Below, in pieces: positions 1 through 14,235 of a stretch of DNA of 64,000 nucleotides. The DNA lies in contig NC_068995.1 of assembly GCF_001194135.2 (NCBI RefSeq), forward strand, positions 53,775,951 to 53,839,950, read 5' to 3'. The notes under the pieces were generated by a model, which worked only from the letters and a program-made list of their open reading frames with translations, did no database searches and was not told the DNA's origin. The first letter of the stretch is position 1. Each line of letters begins with the position of its first letter. This stretch comes from Octopus bimaculoides (taxonomy: Eukaryota). The position numbers and the translations under genes were made by a program.

Positions 1-225
1 ATCATTTCTTATCTTCTCATATTATAAATCTTCGTGCCACACTCACTCACAACACCAAAAACGCACGCACACACACATATACACACACACGTTCTCTTTC
101 TGTTTCTTTCTCCCCCCTCTCTCTCTTTCTGTCTCTGGACTCTGTCTCTCTTTTTCTTCCATACACGCATAAACATACCTATTTTTTTCTGTTTTTCCTT
201 CTATAAGCCATGCGATAATAAAAGA

Positions 226-303
<78 letters not shown>

Positions 304-331
304 TTTATTTTTATTATTATTATTATTATTA
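226..331. repeat. (ATT)n microsatellite
   Basis: Near-perfect ATT run with a few TTT interruptions; explains the poly-I and poly-N ORFs at 34-435. Confidence 0.97.
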
Positions 332-1579
332 TACTTAGTCTCGACATTGTTGTTGTGCTCTGCTTCAGCGTTCGATTCTGCAGTATTAACATAACAGAGA
401 AAACGGACATAATAATTAGATGGTGAAATTATCAAATCTAAATTTATATATACAGTTCTACACTTTATGTTACCTCAGTGTTTTAGTGGTCATTATATTC
501 AATTTCTTCTGTTTCTTTGCTCTTAAAATCTCTCAAATTTACTCAATTCCGTTTCCGTGAATCCCTATTAAAATTCTTTTGAAACAGAAGAAGAAAAAAA
601 AAAAAAGAAAACGGATGATGGAGAAAAATTAGAAATTACTTGTTTCTTCCTCTTTCTTTGTGAGTGTGTATGCATGTATGTGTGTGTGTATATATATATA
701 GATATATATGTACTGAGAGAAAGAGTGAGAAAGGTGTATATATATATATATATATATATATACACAAGCATATACTCACACGAAATAATGTCGGATGATG
801 TACGTGGCCGCTAAAGCTCTCTTAAATCATACAATATCGCACTACATTAAAAGGAGCTCTACTTTCGTTTCCTTAAAAAAATATGAACAGAATAGTCTCG
901 GGTTTAACCCCTTTGATCGCAAGCAAAGGTATACAGATGTGTGTGTGTGTGTGTGGGGGGGGGTGTGCCTGTGTGGTTAAGAATATACATAACTCCGGTA
1001 CAACTGTTACTTAAGGTGTATATTGTCGAATAAATTGACCTCAATATATCACTGGTACTTATCCAATGCATTTGCAATGTGTCTACATGAAACAAGAAAA
1101 CCTTTCATAACAAGCAAGGTTGCAGTCATTGTTGTGTAAGAAGTTTGATTTACAATGGCGTCGTTTCGGTTTCTATCACACAACGCGTTATATTTGGCCC
1201 ATGCTATTGCCACAAAAGAAATGTGTACGTCATGTTTGAAAGAATCATTACATATTTGCGTATTTCTAGAGACAAATCTGTCTTATACCACACCCTACAA
1301 TCTTATAATACAGAAGTACTCATACACTTTGGATAAATTATTCCAAGATATACTATCGCCCAATATGCAAAATGGTACATTATCGGATGCCAATCATTGA
1401 TCATTGGTTTTCTTGTCCAAAGGGGAGATGGTCGACCATTTTCCATAATTTCAACATTAAAAGACTGCATTAAAAAAAATAAATAACCTCTTCAGTCATC
1501 AAATGAAATTTTTCACGTGAAAGCGTACATCAATCTTTTCCAATGACCCTTTGCAAACAAAGGGCCTGGACTTCTCTTC

Positions 1580-2340
1580 TATCTCCTCTCCTTCCTTCTC
1601 ATCTTCCTTCTCCTCTTCCTTCTCATATATCTCCTCATCTTCCTCCTCCTCATCCACTACCACCACCACCACCACCTTCTCTTTTATTATCATCTTCAAC
1701 ATCTTCGTCACCGTTTTCATTATCATCATGGTTATTATTATCATCTACATCAACATCGTCACATCAGCAGCAGTAGCAGCAGCAACAGCAACTGTAGCTG
1801 CAACACGATCACTCCCACCCAAACACCACCACTACCAGCACCAGCACCATCACCAACAACCTCAATCATAACCGCCATGACCACAACCATCACCTCCGCA
1901 GACCCTGCTGTCGCTGCCACCGCTGCCGTCTGATTCCAACTCTGACTTCCTCCTCCTCCTCCTCCTCCTCCTCCTCCTCCTCCTCCTCCACCTCATCATC
2001 ATCATCATCATCATAATCATCATCATCAGCAGTTTCGTCATCATCACAATGTGATTACCGTTCTCATCATCAATACTACTACCACAATCAACTCAACCAC
2101 CACCACTACCACTACTACTACTACTAACACCACCATCAACATCATCGTCATCATCATCAGCATCATCAGTATCATCATCATCATCATTACCACCACCACC
2201 ACCACTACCACTACCATCATCATCATCATCATCACCACCACCACCACCACCATTGCTATTAAAACGTTCACCCTCATCACCACTATTACTATCATCATCA
2301 TCATCATCATCGTAACCAACATCATCTCCATCATCACTAA
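1580..2340. repeat. Compound imperfect trinucleotide low-complexity tract (CTC/CAC/CAG/CAT/ACT)
   Basis: Successive in-register runs of CTC, CAC, CAG, CAT and ACT; source of the poly-S/T/I/M/V ORFs. Confidence 0.95.
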
Positions 2341-3298
2341 CTTCAAATTCAAAACTTTACCTCCATCAATAAATGTCATTTCTTTTTTTGTCGAAGGGGA
2401 GGTAATATCGTGCATAAAATACCGCTAATTTGTAACTCGTTGTCAAGTGCAATCTTTCAACCATGCTTCATTAGTCAATTAATGATGATCGATACGTTAT
2501 TAATTAGAGATGACAGGGTCAGAAGATGTTATTTCCAAAAGTTAATATTAAAAAAAGCATACAAACATATATAGATACACACACAAACGCATATATATTT
2601 ATATATATATATGCAAAATATGCATGCATATATGTTTGTATATATGTGTGTATGTATAAAAAAACATTCAGTATAATACCCACATAATGATTTAGTTATT
2701 TGTCAGCATTTCGATTTGATCCGCTTTCAATGACTAAATAATCCTTAGAATCATTTTACAGCCGTGTTTCGAATTATCTAAAAATTTCTCTTTACACAAT
2801 CAAAGTGGTCGGTAATTTTAACTTTACAATTATATCCTCACCGTTTCGTACACAATCCTGCTTTAGTTTCTCCTTCTCTCTCTCACACCCATCTTCTCTC
2901 TTTCATCTCTCTTCTCATCTTTCTTCCTCTCTTTCTCTCTCACTGTTTCCCCATCTTTTTCTCTCTCTCACCCCATCTCCCCCCTCTCTCTGTCTACCTT
3001 GCTCTTTTTTCCTTGCATAATCGTTCTGTAATGTCGTGTTATTTATTGACATGATTTTTCACATATTCCAATAATCGTAGCCACACATGAATTTTCGTAT
3101 CGAATTAAACAGGCGCACAACTATTCACACATGCACACAAACGCACATACGAACACTGTGAGTCAACAATATTTCATATATTCCCGCGAACCTTAATTAC
3201 ACAAACGAGGTACTCAATACCGTTACATACTACGGAATAACAGGATTTATTCAATGTTGAATTTGCATAGGAGTCGCTCCTGCCTGCCTGCTTGCCTT

Positions 3299-3330
<32 letters not shown>

Positions 3331-3369
3331 ACTGCACCTTCTCTATTTCTATTTATCTCTTTCTGCGAT

Positions 3370-3579
3370 GACGCTGCTCTAGCAACACAATCAAGGTTCG
3401 CGATTTGACCCTTAGGAAAAGGACGTTGGGTGTGCGAATAGACATTGGATGTAAATGGGAGGTTTTTAAAAATTACCATAACGCTAAGAGGTTGTGCCGT
3501 GGCTCCAATAGAAACACCCGGTCATACAACCAAGTACTCACATACATACCAATATAAATCAGTACCGGATCATTAATGG

Positions 3580-3635
<56 letters not shown>

Positions 3636-3636
3636 G

Positions 3637-3675
<39 letters not shown>

Positions 3676-3900
3676 GTCTGTCTGTCTCTCTGTCTGCTTC
3701 CTGCCTGACTGTCTGTCTATCTATATATCTATCTACCTATCTATCTAAATGTCTATCAATTAAGCAATCAATCTATCTATCTATCCATCTGTCTTTCTAT
3801 CTGTCTGTATGTCTGTCTGTCTGTCTATTGGATTAATCCTGCAACGGACAGGTGTCCCGTCCAGTTGGGGGTATACACACGCTACATAATCCGGGAAACC
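3370..3900 (+). mobile_element. Decayed SINE with tRNA-like head, internal (TCTA)n and a V-domain-like 3' motif
   Basis: B-box-like GGTTCGCGATT near 3396; (TCTA/TCTG)n at 3580-3830; CCTGCAACGGACAGGTGTCCCGTCCAG at 3838-3864 resembles the V-SINE core as recalled. Confidence 0.4.
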
Positions 3901-4937
3901 ACAGTAAGGCGCTTCTGGATAGGGAATGACCTTTGACCCGGGTACTGTACTGACCAATATGACGACTCAGCGCACGTACGCACACACACACATACACATA
4001 CACATACTCACATACTCGTACCTAACAGTATTGATATATCCTACACACAGCCATGCATGCATACATACCTACGCACATACATTCATACATAACACACACA
4101 CACATACAAACAGACGAACACACGAACACACACAAATACACACACATATATACACATGCCCGATGTCCTGTCGTTCAATCGATCAGATGTGGTTATATAT
4201 ATACACACATTGACACACATAGTTATATATAGATACACACATAGGAACGTACGCACAGGCGTACGTACATATATAAATGCATAACATACCCAGACAAGAA
4301 TTTACTTATACATCACTATATTCTTCACACATATATATAAAAAATATACACGACGTACGTACAATCTAGAATCTAGATGTATGCAGATATTTTTATATAA
4401 ATCATATAATCTCGTAAGTTATCCTAAGTGTCAATAATGATGTGTGAATTTAACCGTTAACAAATCGTTAGTTTAAAACATAAAATTTGCCATTAATATC
4501 TTTCGCATTTGTCACATTCATTAGTGTGGAAATACGAGTAGTGAAATGTGTGCGGAATTGGTGTAGACCGGGGAGGGAGATGCGTACTGAAAACTGTCAT
4601 CATGGTTCTGAATAAAATTAATGATCCTGAGACGATTGTATAGAAAATGAACAAATAAAAATATATAAAGAAATAAAGAAATCATATTATAAAAAAAAAT
4701 ATGCAAAATGTAAAATAAATATAAACAAATGATCAGACAGAAAGCAAAAATAATATCATAAGACAACACATCCAGAAACGAATACACCATCGTAAAATGC
4801 ACAATGTTTTGCTCGCTCCCAATCAATCAATTTATCTATATACATAGGTACGTAGGTGTGTATATATGTGTGTGTGTATGTCTGTGTGTGTGTGTGTGTA
4901 TGAGTATGTTTATATATATATATATATATATATATAT

Positions 4938-5205
4938 NNNNNNNNNNNNNNNNNNNNNNNNNNNNNNNNNNNNNNNNNNNNNNNNNNNNNNNNNNNNNNN
5001 NNNNNNNNNNNNNNNNNNNNNNNNNNNNNNNNNNNNNNNNNNNNNNNNNNNNNNNNNNNNNNNNNNNNNNNNNNNNNNNNNNNNNNNNNNNNNNNNNNNN
5101 NNNNNNNNNNNNNNNNNNNNNNNNNNNNNNNNNNNNNNNNNNNNNNNNNNNNNNNNNNNNNNNNNNNNNNNNNNNNNNNNNNNNNNNNNNNNNNNNNNNN
5201 NNNNN
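4938..5205. other. Assembly gap (N-run) flanked by (AT)n
   Basis: 268 N. Other gaps: 5973-5982, 7724-7892, 10531-10630, 13579-13588, 17819-18031, 20826-21111, 35023-35032, 43314-43431, most abutting a microsatellite on at least one side. Confidence 0.99.
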
Positions 5206-5268
<63 letters not shown>

Positions 5269-6682
5269 GCTGACAGTCGTGAGATAGCATGCAAGATGTA
5301 AATAAAGAAAGTGGCATCGAGAGAGAGAATTGGTGAGTAAGAATCAAAGACAAAAGACACAGACGCAATATGAGACAAATAAAAATACACCAGAATCGTG
5401 TATGTCTAAGATATATGTTACCTCTTTTTTACTTTACGTTCTGCAATTATTAATTGATGAAATTTTAGAAGTGCAATAGTCAGGACACGCAACTGTGAAC
5501 CAATAAAGACCACAGCTGAATCATTCAACATTTAGAGTTCAGTGACTCGTCGGAGGTAATTGTTCTTGTGCATGATTCAGGTGATTGCTTGGAGTAACGG
5601 AACCATTTATTATATATTTTATTAATTTTATAACGGTGTTAGTGAACGTTAGCGTCCTTGGTTACAGTTTTACAACATGAACACTGCAAATATTGATCTA
5701 CGATATTGTAAACGACGACAGTAATAAGAGGGTCTCTGTAAATTGGTGTATAGCAAATATTTCAAAGGAATTGGTCATAAAATAAGACACACACACACGC
5801 GCACACACAAAGAGACTCGTTCGTCGTTTGTCCTTATCGTTTGCCGATGAACATTGGCGATACTCACACACATAGACACATACATATACACATTCATATA
5901 AGTATATAATTATAAGCAATTAATGTATATATATACATATATATATACATACATATATATATATATATATATNNNNNNNNNNTGCAACTGAAAAAATGTG
6001 ATGCTGAGAACGCTTAACACAAGTGGCTAGAAGTGGTTTCTCCTTGAGCAGGAGGATATACATTAAAACAAACAATCTATAAGCAAAACATTTGGCATCC
6101 CTCGAAAAATATTAATCTTAAATAGAGAACCCTTGGCTGTAGTAGTAGTAGTAGTGACCGTGTTGGTAGTGTCCCCACACGTAAAACGCTTCCACGTGGA
6201 CTCTGTTGACACCAGTAAGAAACAATTATGAACTTTTCTTTTAATTACATTAAAAAAAAAATGTATTTTTGATAAGGTTCTCTGAGAAAATTAAAATTTA
6301 TCGTATATATTGGCGTTTTCAAACTTCTTTATATGTATATATATATATATATTGTCGATTTTGGACACAAACTCTTTGCGTCAGGTTTCTCTTACATTAT
6401 TAGCCAATTTATAGCTTTAGCATATTTCACTCACCCAGGGGGCTTTATAGTGTTTTCGAACCAAAAACGGCGTAGTTGCAAAGTAAAATTCGTAACCACA
6501 TAGGCATCCGTTTGAGAACAGCATATTACGAATTGTATGTTATCATCCTTATAATAAATATTGTAGAAGAACGATCGAATCTTAGTGAAGACTCATCTAG
6601 TAATGTGACGTTCGTTCCATAACAGAAGTAATTATGTGGTTTCTTTCTTTGTTCATTCGGCAGAGAAAATTATCTATTCTAG

Positions 6683-7419
6683 AGAAAGTGTAAAGATGGT
6701 GTTGTGGCGCGCTTTGAGTCTCTCATGAAGGATATACTTCATTTCATTTATACATGTAAGTCACAACTTTCATCTTTGCCAACTCCTTTGTTCCCAGTCA
6801 AAATAAAGCTTACAATGTAACTGGTATGCCCCGCCGCTGCACAAGCCGTACTTTCCAGAAAGTCTATTCTGCATGAAGACTACGATTTCAGACTGCATTC
6901 ATATCATATAATTTTCTCAGCCAATACAATTGAATTTGACATGAAAATCACGATTTTATAACATCTCCGATCCTGACAGAAAAAAATATGGCTTTTGTTG
7001 CACCAACAAAAGGAGCTTCTCTATGCCTGTTCGACCTGCTAGAAATAACCATTAAATCTCTTTTTACAACCTTAAATATGGCATGGATGGGTTAGATAAT
7101 ATAATAGTACAGCCAAAAAGGAAACGCATTAGGATATGGGATTCAAATTATACAAGAAAACAGGATGGTTGGGGCTAGAATGATTTGATGATATTTGAGG
7201 ACGAGGTGGCCCGATCTGTTACAAAACAACAACACCAACAATTACTTGGTCTTATATCAAGTGCAATGAAGGTGCTGTATTAAAATGAGAGTAACGAGCT
7301 GGCTGAATGAGTAGATAATCGCAATACGTGTATGTACTGATTTCATTTGCTTTCGTTTTCCTTCAGATTGCACCAGTGATATCTGTGAATTATCATATCT
7401 TCCGAAACCCATTAACTGA
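6683..7419 (+). CDS. Candidate two-exon coding fragment (6683-6755 joined to 7367-7419), product unknown
   Basis: Donor CAT|GTAAGT at 6756; branch-like TACTGAT plus TTTGCTTTCGTTTTCCTTCAG acceptor at 7366; phases match, giving RKCKDGVVARFESLMKDILHFIYTYCTSDICELSYLPKPIN*. No recognised homology. Confidence 0.2.
7025..7195 (+). repeat. Dispersed repeat fragment (CGACCTGCTAGAAAT family)
   Basis: TCGACCTGCTAGAAATA at 7031 matches TCGAGCTACTAGAAATA at 58725. GGATGGTTGGGGCTAG at 7163 resembles the reverse complement of CCCAGCCATAGCTATCC at 34725. Confidence 0.45.
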
Positions 7420-7690
7420 ATTACGGTCATATGTTATGTTTTATTCGATTACCTGAGAACATTAATTTACAGAATTTAAATTTTATATTCTTTTCACAAT
7501 ATATATATGAGTAAAAATGTACTTCACCATTATGAAATTAGTATGAATGTAATTAACCGTTGAAATTCCTCTTTGCCTTCATTACTGAAATTGCAGACAT
7601 AAAGACCGAATGAAATTTAATTCTGTAACGAGGAAACGAACGTATAGAATAATAGGCAGCTGACCAAGATATATCATGATTCGCCAGCGC

Positions 7691-7723
<33 letters not shown>

Positions 7724-8170
7724 NNNNNNNNNNNNNNNNNNNNNNNNNNNNNNNNNNNNNNNNNNNNNNNNNNNNNNNNNNNNNNNNNNNNNNNNNNNNN
7801 NNNNNNNNNNNNNNNNNNNNNNNNNNNNNNNNNNNNNNNNNNNNNNNNNNNNNNNNNNNNNNNNNNNNNNNNNNNNNNNNNNNNNNNNNNNNATATATAA
7901 TCGGAACAGAGCAATTTAATGGAAGCTGGTGGCGAGTAGGAAGCCCTTAACTAAATATTAATCTCTAGGTTAGTCTTCAGATCAACTTAAGCCTTTTTCT
8001 GAAACACCTGTCGTACTTGATTTCCGCTATTATGCAAATATGTCATGTACAAGAAATGTGCTTGCCAAAACGAGCCGCTACTTTATGAGAAATTGTAAAA
8101 CTAGCTATTGATAAAATAATTAGACCAAACTGATTTTACTCCTGGTTTCCAAGACTTTGTAACAATAGAG

Positions 8171-8327
8171 TGCTTGAATGGTGGAATCTGTAGAGCGATG
8201 GACTTAACACGTTAGGTTCTTTACGCTTTTCATATTTCAAATCTCACAAATGTTCATCATATCCGTCATCTTATCTGGATCGATAAAATAAGTATTAGCC
8301 ACGTACTGGTGCTAATTTAAACAACTG
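8171..8327 (+). mobile_element. SINE family A, strongly decayed copy
   Basis: TTCAAATCTC (B-box-like), GATCGATAAAATAAGTA and GTACTGG in the same order as in better-preserved copies in this window. Confidence 0.45.
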
Positions 8328-9219
8328 TAGCCTCATGTCAAACGTATTTCCTTATGTAAGAGTTAGAAATTACTATTGGGCCGTAGTTAATTTATTTAAT
8401 TGTATTAAGCGGCGAATTCTTCGCAATATGTATGAATGCCTGTATTTTCCATTACTCATTTTCTGAATTATTAATTATTTGTCATTAGTTAACAACTTCC
8501 TCGGCAATTTACTTCAAACTATCCATTATAATATGTGAAATTTAGATCTATAGTGCAGTTGTCGAACGTAATGCATTATTTATAGATGGTCATGAAGAGA
8601 GGGAGATAATTTCTCTTAGATGAGGAAAGTGAAATTGCGATGTGCATGTCAGCTTCATAGATTTACCGATGCATGAGGACTAGACGAAAATTGCTTCATC
8701 AGAGTATTTAAACATTGATATTGATATACGGACATATAATGATACGTTGTTTTCGTTTGATAGAATCTTGAGTCTCACATTTCCTGACGGAGAGAGGTGG
8801 GAAATGGAGGGTAGTTCCTTCTTATTGATTTCATTTCATAATTTGTGAAATTGTATTCGGTTAATACTGTACACACTTATTCATTGTGAATTGCAAGGCC
8901 AGTAGAGTTACATGCGTCTTACATTTGAATACACCACGACAGATACTCCAATAATTCGGTGCAGAGTCGCATATTGGCGGAACTGAGTGTTCTAGTGTCT
9001 CCCAAACCTTCGAGTGTTACTATCGTGCTTTACACTCAAGTGAAGTCTTTTTGCATTTTTTCCCAGTTAGTATCTATGCCAAGTGGCAGTTATTCACATT
9101 ATACCATTCCTAATATTATCGAACTAGATAGTAAATGGTTCTTTCTTCTCAAATTCTTTTTCATCATCTTACTTGTTGCAGTATCAGCCGCAAGATAAGT
9201 CCAGTAGTCTAATTAAAGA

Positions 9220-9220
<1 letters not shown>

Positions 9221-9262
<42 letters not shown>
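9221..9262. repeat. (TG)n microsatellite
   Basis: Perfect TG run. Confidence 0.97.
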
Positions 9263-9267
<5 letters not shown>

Positions 9268-9505
9268 AAAAAACAAACTTAGATAAAAAATTAGATGTGT
9301 TTCGACCAAAGATTGGTCCAGGCCATGTCTATCTTAATACCACCACCTGACGGGATTATCTAAATCCTTTATAAGCCATGTTTCCTTTATGGTCCATTCA
9401 GCTAGTGAGTTCTTGTTGAGTGAGTTGTATCCAGGTATGGGTGGCTTATGTGTTATTCCTTGAAAAAATCTGTTCAGACTCCGTTTAAAGGTGATGGGAT
9501 CCGCA
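9268..9505 (-). mobile_element. 3' end of a CR1/L2-group LINE (ORF2 C-terminus, 3' UTR and tail)
   Basis: Minus translation [36 protein letters not shown] resembles the CR1-type ORF2 end (FKxxLDxFLxxIPDxPxxPGY...NSL), followed by a GACCAA-TCT-TTGGTC stem-loop and ATCTAA repeats. Confidence 0.7.
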
Positions 9506-9625
9506 TATATATATTTGTACATATATATGTATATATATATATTTGTATATATAAATGTATATGTATATATGTATATATATGTGCATATATATGCATATAT
9601 ATATATGTATGTATATGTATGTATG

Positions 9626-9661
<36 letters not shown>

Positions 9662-9670
9662 TATACACAT
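9503..9670. repeat. Imperfect (AT)n/(ATGT)n tract
   Basis: Source of the YIYIY ORFs. Confidence 0.95.
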
Positions 9671-10727
9671 GCATATCTCAGCCTTGCAAATGAAGTGAAT
9701 ACATGAGCAAATGAAACAGTGGTATTGTCTTTCAATGCTCGTTACCTCATACATCTGTTTTATAGTTTGGAAACTATTCGCCCCTTAAATTTTAAAGTTG
9801 AATATTATTATTCACATATATTCTTTTCAACATACTATTTCCAGAGTAATTACTGTATAAAGGAAATATTTAGATAAAGTATTTTCCCAGTAACTGCTAC
9901 TATGTGATTTAGAAAGAGTGCGTTACTATAGTTAATACCCGGCTGTGTCATTGTTGTATTTTCTTGATGCTTCGGTTATTATTTGAGCTATTGTCTTCTA
10001 CACTTACAGATATTTTATCTTTCATCTCAATCTATAATTGAACAGAAAAATGTCTCCCTTTCTTTCAAAAGCCACTCTAATGAATATGATTATATGACTA
10101 GTCTTAATCGCAGAATGAAAGGAATTTCTGAGTGTTTTACTATGATAAATACGCCATATTGTTCTTATATCTTTCTCATATTCTTTCACCGAAGTTGTGT
10201 CGATTCTTTTATCTCGCTTTTCTCCTCTTTTTCTGTATCCCCTTTACTGCTGAGTAAATATTTTCTATTGATTTATGCACATTGTTGCAAAATCTTTCTA
10301 TTCGTTACTCTAATAGCTTACCGCTGAGAAAGATATCAAGAAATCAACCTAGCGAACTTTCTAAGACTTGCTACTCTCCAATAAAGCCCCAACCAACCTA
10401 ATATATACAACACTAGCCGAGCAATTAAGATAAGGAATCCAACAGACACTATTTTTATGTTTATTTGTTTATTCATTTATATATATATAGACGTACACGT
10501 ACATATAATGCATGTACATATATATATATANNNNNNNNNNNNNNNNNNNNNNNNNNNNNNNNNNNNNNNNNNNNNNNNNNNNNNNNNNNNNNNNNNNNNN
10601 NNNNNNNNNNNNNNNNNNNNNNNNNNNNNTATATTATATACATATATATATATATATATGTATGTATATGCATATGTATATATATATATATTGTATATAT
10701 ATATGGATATATATTTCGGTATAGATT

Positions 10728-10766
<39 letters not shown>

Positions 10767-13700
10767 CGTATGTGTGTGTACGTTTGTGTATACATCTATA
10801 TATGTATGCATTTATTTATTTATTCAGCTAAACAATGTACGATTCAATACCACTTCATACTTTCACAATGAATTTTGATGCAAAGGTTACTTCGCTTTAA
10901 GATATTTTCTTTCTATTTTAGAAGCCGCAGACGAACAAGTTGGAAACACTGTCATAAAGTAGAAATATCTTTTGAATTTGTTACAAAAATAAAAGTTGGA
11001 AAAGTTTTTAGTTTAACTTCTTATACAAACACAACAGATGACAAATATAACATTTTTTAAATACATTATTGAATCGTTAAAGTGACTCTTACACTAAAAT
11101 GTAATTGTTTCAGGTTCAACACACGGTCTGAGACCAATTTACTTATGAAACATATACAATTCCGAAATACATACATTCATTCATTCATACTCACATACGC
11201 ATAGATGTGTGTGCGCGTGCGCGTGCGCGTGTGAAAGAGTGACGGATAAGTAAAGTGAGACAATGTGAGATAAACTTGTTACTCTCCCATAATGTTGTGG
11301 CAAAATCGTGTTGCCGAAATTTGCTTTCGTTATAAACCAAGCTAAACCTATTTATTCCATGAGATGTCAAGCTTCAAATCTATAAACGATATAACATTTA
11401 TTTTCTTTTTTGCTGATTACTGCCTATATTTTAGTGAAAGCCAAACAGAAGTGTTACTATATTCACATCCTTCCACAAGTATTTAATCAGTTTATATGAA
11501 CTGAAAGGGATTCTAAAAAGTTCGAAGTTAGAGTATACATTATATTGTTCGTTGTTGTTATCGTTGTTCTCGATTCACCACGGATATCTTGAAATAAGAC
11601 GACGAGGATAAAATCGCATTAAAGCGAGATTAGAAAAGTATATTAGAAAATGTGCAATTCAGAAATGTTGCCTTCTCGTTTAAGAGATGATTGAATGCTG
11701 TTTGTTGCCAGTCCAGCGACTGCATATAGTATTATTTGAACCCAGCGGTCGATATTGTTACTTAGATGCTCGTCGCGCTCAACGTATATTTTCCCATCTT
11801 CTCTTCGAAGAAAGTGAAATATCTAAAGGAATATAATTTTCTACTGCTTGACCACCACAACATAAATTCAACCAAGAAGACCATCACATAGCAGGCATGT
11901 AGATTCTTCAGTGGGGCCGCTACAAAAGCCGTCAAGGTGGATGCAGTAGGAATGCGACGGTTATTTCTCGTACTTTCTTGGCAGTACTTTTCATCTCAAC
12001 ACAATGCAGACAATGAGGATATTGATATGGCAGCTATTTCTTTGTCTATATGTAGTTTTTTGTTAATCTCGGAAGAGTGGGAGAGATCATAATATTGAAT
12101 GCTAAAGTAGAGCTGTGGAAGAATATACATGTGAGAGAGGTTGTTTATCACACGATGATGAGTACCGTGTCATTTGATGATTCTTGCTGTAGCATCAGGA
12201 ACGACGATATTGTTCAGATCACCAACTCAGGCCACAATAACAAACTCAAATATGGAAAAGTGCTCATGAGATATTTCTCGAAAATCAGCTACGAAATAGC
12301 ATAGAAAGTCAACAGAAACACTAAGCACAAATATGAAATTACGTGGGTTTCCACTTCGAGCAAAATTTTTCTCCCGTCTTCCTACTGCCGTAAGCTCTCA
12401 ATTCAATCTATTTGGAAATTTAAAAATATGGATATCCAAAATGTTTTAGTCAGACAGAGAGACGCACACATCATACACAAACACAGCAAAGACACGCCGA
12501 TATCACATTGAGTCTGAAGGAATTATTGCTTGCCTCAATATTCACAACTACTCGTACCACTGCTGTACGGACGTTCACTGAATCTGTGACGTCAAATTGT
12601 GCGCTGAAATGATTTTTTTTATCGCAATATCACTATATAAACATATAGGATTGAATTCATGAAAGCTAATATTAGAAACAGATTTTATGTAAATACTTAA
12701 CAGAAATGGAAACGATTTGTATGTGTGATAAAACAGAGGTGACTTTGATAGCTAATGACCTTTTACATTGCTGGCGTATCAGTATAAAGATAGGTCACAC
12801 ATGGTGTCAATAGAGGTTAGAAGGATATTTGTAGACATATTAGTTATCTGTTGTCTAGGAGGTAGAGTGTGTTTTTTTTAAAAAAAACATTGGTTATAGT
12901 GATTATATTGACATAGAAATAAATAGCATCAAATCACAAAAAAAATAATGTTCGTACAAGCAAGTTGTCATATCTTAGACGTAGACATCAAAATCAATGA
13001 GGGAATATGATGATGGTGAAGACATTGGCGACATGGAGAATAAATATCGAACGTTTCAGACAAGACGATAAGAAAATTATAGAAAATGATAATGACGCCG
13101 TATTGACGTATTGGCAAGAGACCGGAAACCGTTTGTTTTTTCGTGTTGGTCTATTAAGAGTGTTGCGATAAATCCCGTTCAAATCGATAGAAATATAGCA
13201 TTTTCCTCTTCGCTAAAAACTGAAATAAAATCCCAATCGCCGCCATGACTTATATGTTATAACAATAGACTCGTCTTTTTAAACATAATGATCACAAAAA
13301 ATTGGCTATTTTCATCACAACAAAACTTTTGATGTTTAAAACACCAACATACTTGGAAGATTAAGTTTCATATATTTGTCGATTTACACTTTTCTTGTCG
13401 ACAGCAGATCAGACAGAAAGAAAATAAACAGCAAAACGTAATGTGAGTTTACAAATCTCAGCTATTATTAGGAATATCAGTAATATGAGTGAGGCAATTA
13501 CCTTAGAATAGCGTTCTGTTTATAAATACATAAAAAAAGGTAGATTATCTAAGCAGTTAGTAGACAAAAACACCCATANNNNNNNNNNTATATATATATA
13601 TATTGTGTGTGTGTCTGTGAGTGTGTAGTTTATATATTGTTGATTTATAGCGATGAGAAAACCGATAAGCCAATGGTTTCGGAAATAAATTCCTTGCGGA

Positions 13701-14185
13701 ATTCGTTCCAACCGAGTTGTACGGCCACACACTTATGATTCTCCCCATAGCAAGTCGTAAACGCAATGAACCAGTATAAATTGTATTAATCTAACCCACG
13801 CTGTGCTCTACCTCAGCCACTTTGAAATTGCAAAGGAAACAATTTGTGTTCTACCTGTTCTCCCTAAATTAAATAATGATTCCTTCCATAGGACAGGCTC
13901 CTGAATTTACTGCTTCAGTAGGAAATCAGTTTATTTAACGATAATCTATTACGGGTAGTTACTTCATCGGTCCAGGGGAGATGAACGCTAAATCAGATTT
14001 CAACAGGATGATGTAAATGAAGATAACTGGATAATTCTTTCTAAGTTTCTATACAAGAATATCTAAGCAATGCGTTCAGTCGAGCGCTATGCTGCTTCAG
14101 ATACATCGGGAAGATCAAATGAAGAAAGTCTTCTTTTCCAACCTCTAAATTTCATATTCTTTATCTATAAAGGAAATCATTTATC

Positions 14186-14235
<50 letters not shown>

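Noticed and set aside
34-2428. Long ORFs with poly-I/N/S/T/M/H/Q runs; similar ones at 53658-54039 and 57405-58257
   Set aside because: Entirely explained by trinucleotide microsatellites that lack stops in several frames; no domain content.
4804-5390. ORFs spanning N-runs and (AT)n/(CA)n; also at 7.6, 10.5, 17.7, 20.7 and 43.2 kb
   Set aside because: Open only because of X codons and dinucleotide repeats ([12 protein letters not shown]).
6825-7260. Faint Tc1/mariner-like peptides (ILHEDYDFRLHSYH; RWPDLLQN)
   Set aside because: Much of the interval is explained by a non-coding dispersed repeat (7025-7195), and no catalytic motifs are recoverable.
11880-12060. DAVGMRRLFLVLSWQ, a weak RTE C-terminal resemblance
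   Set aside because: Similarity too weak to call without a search.
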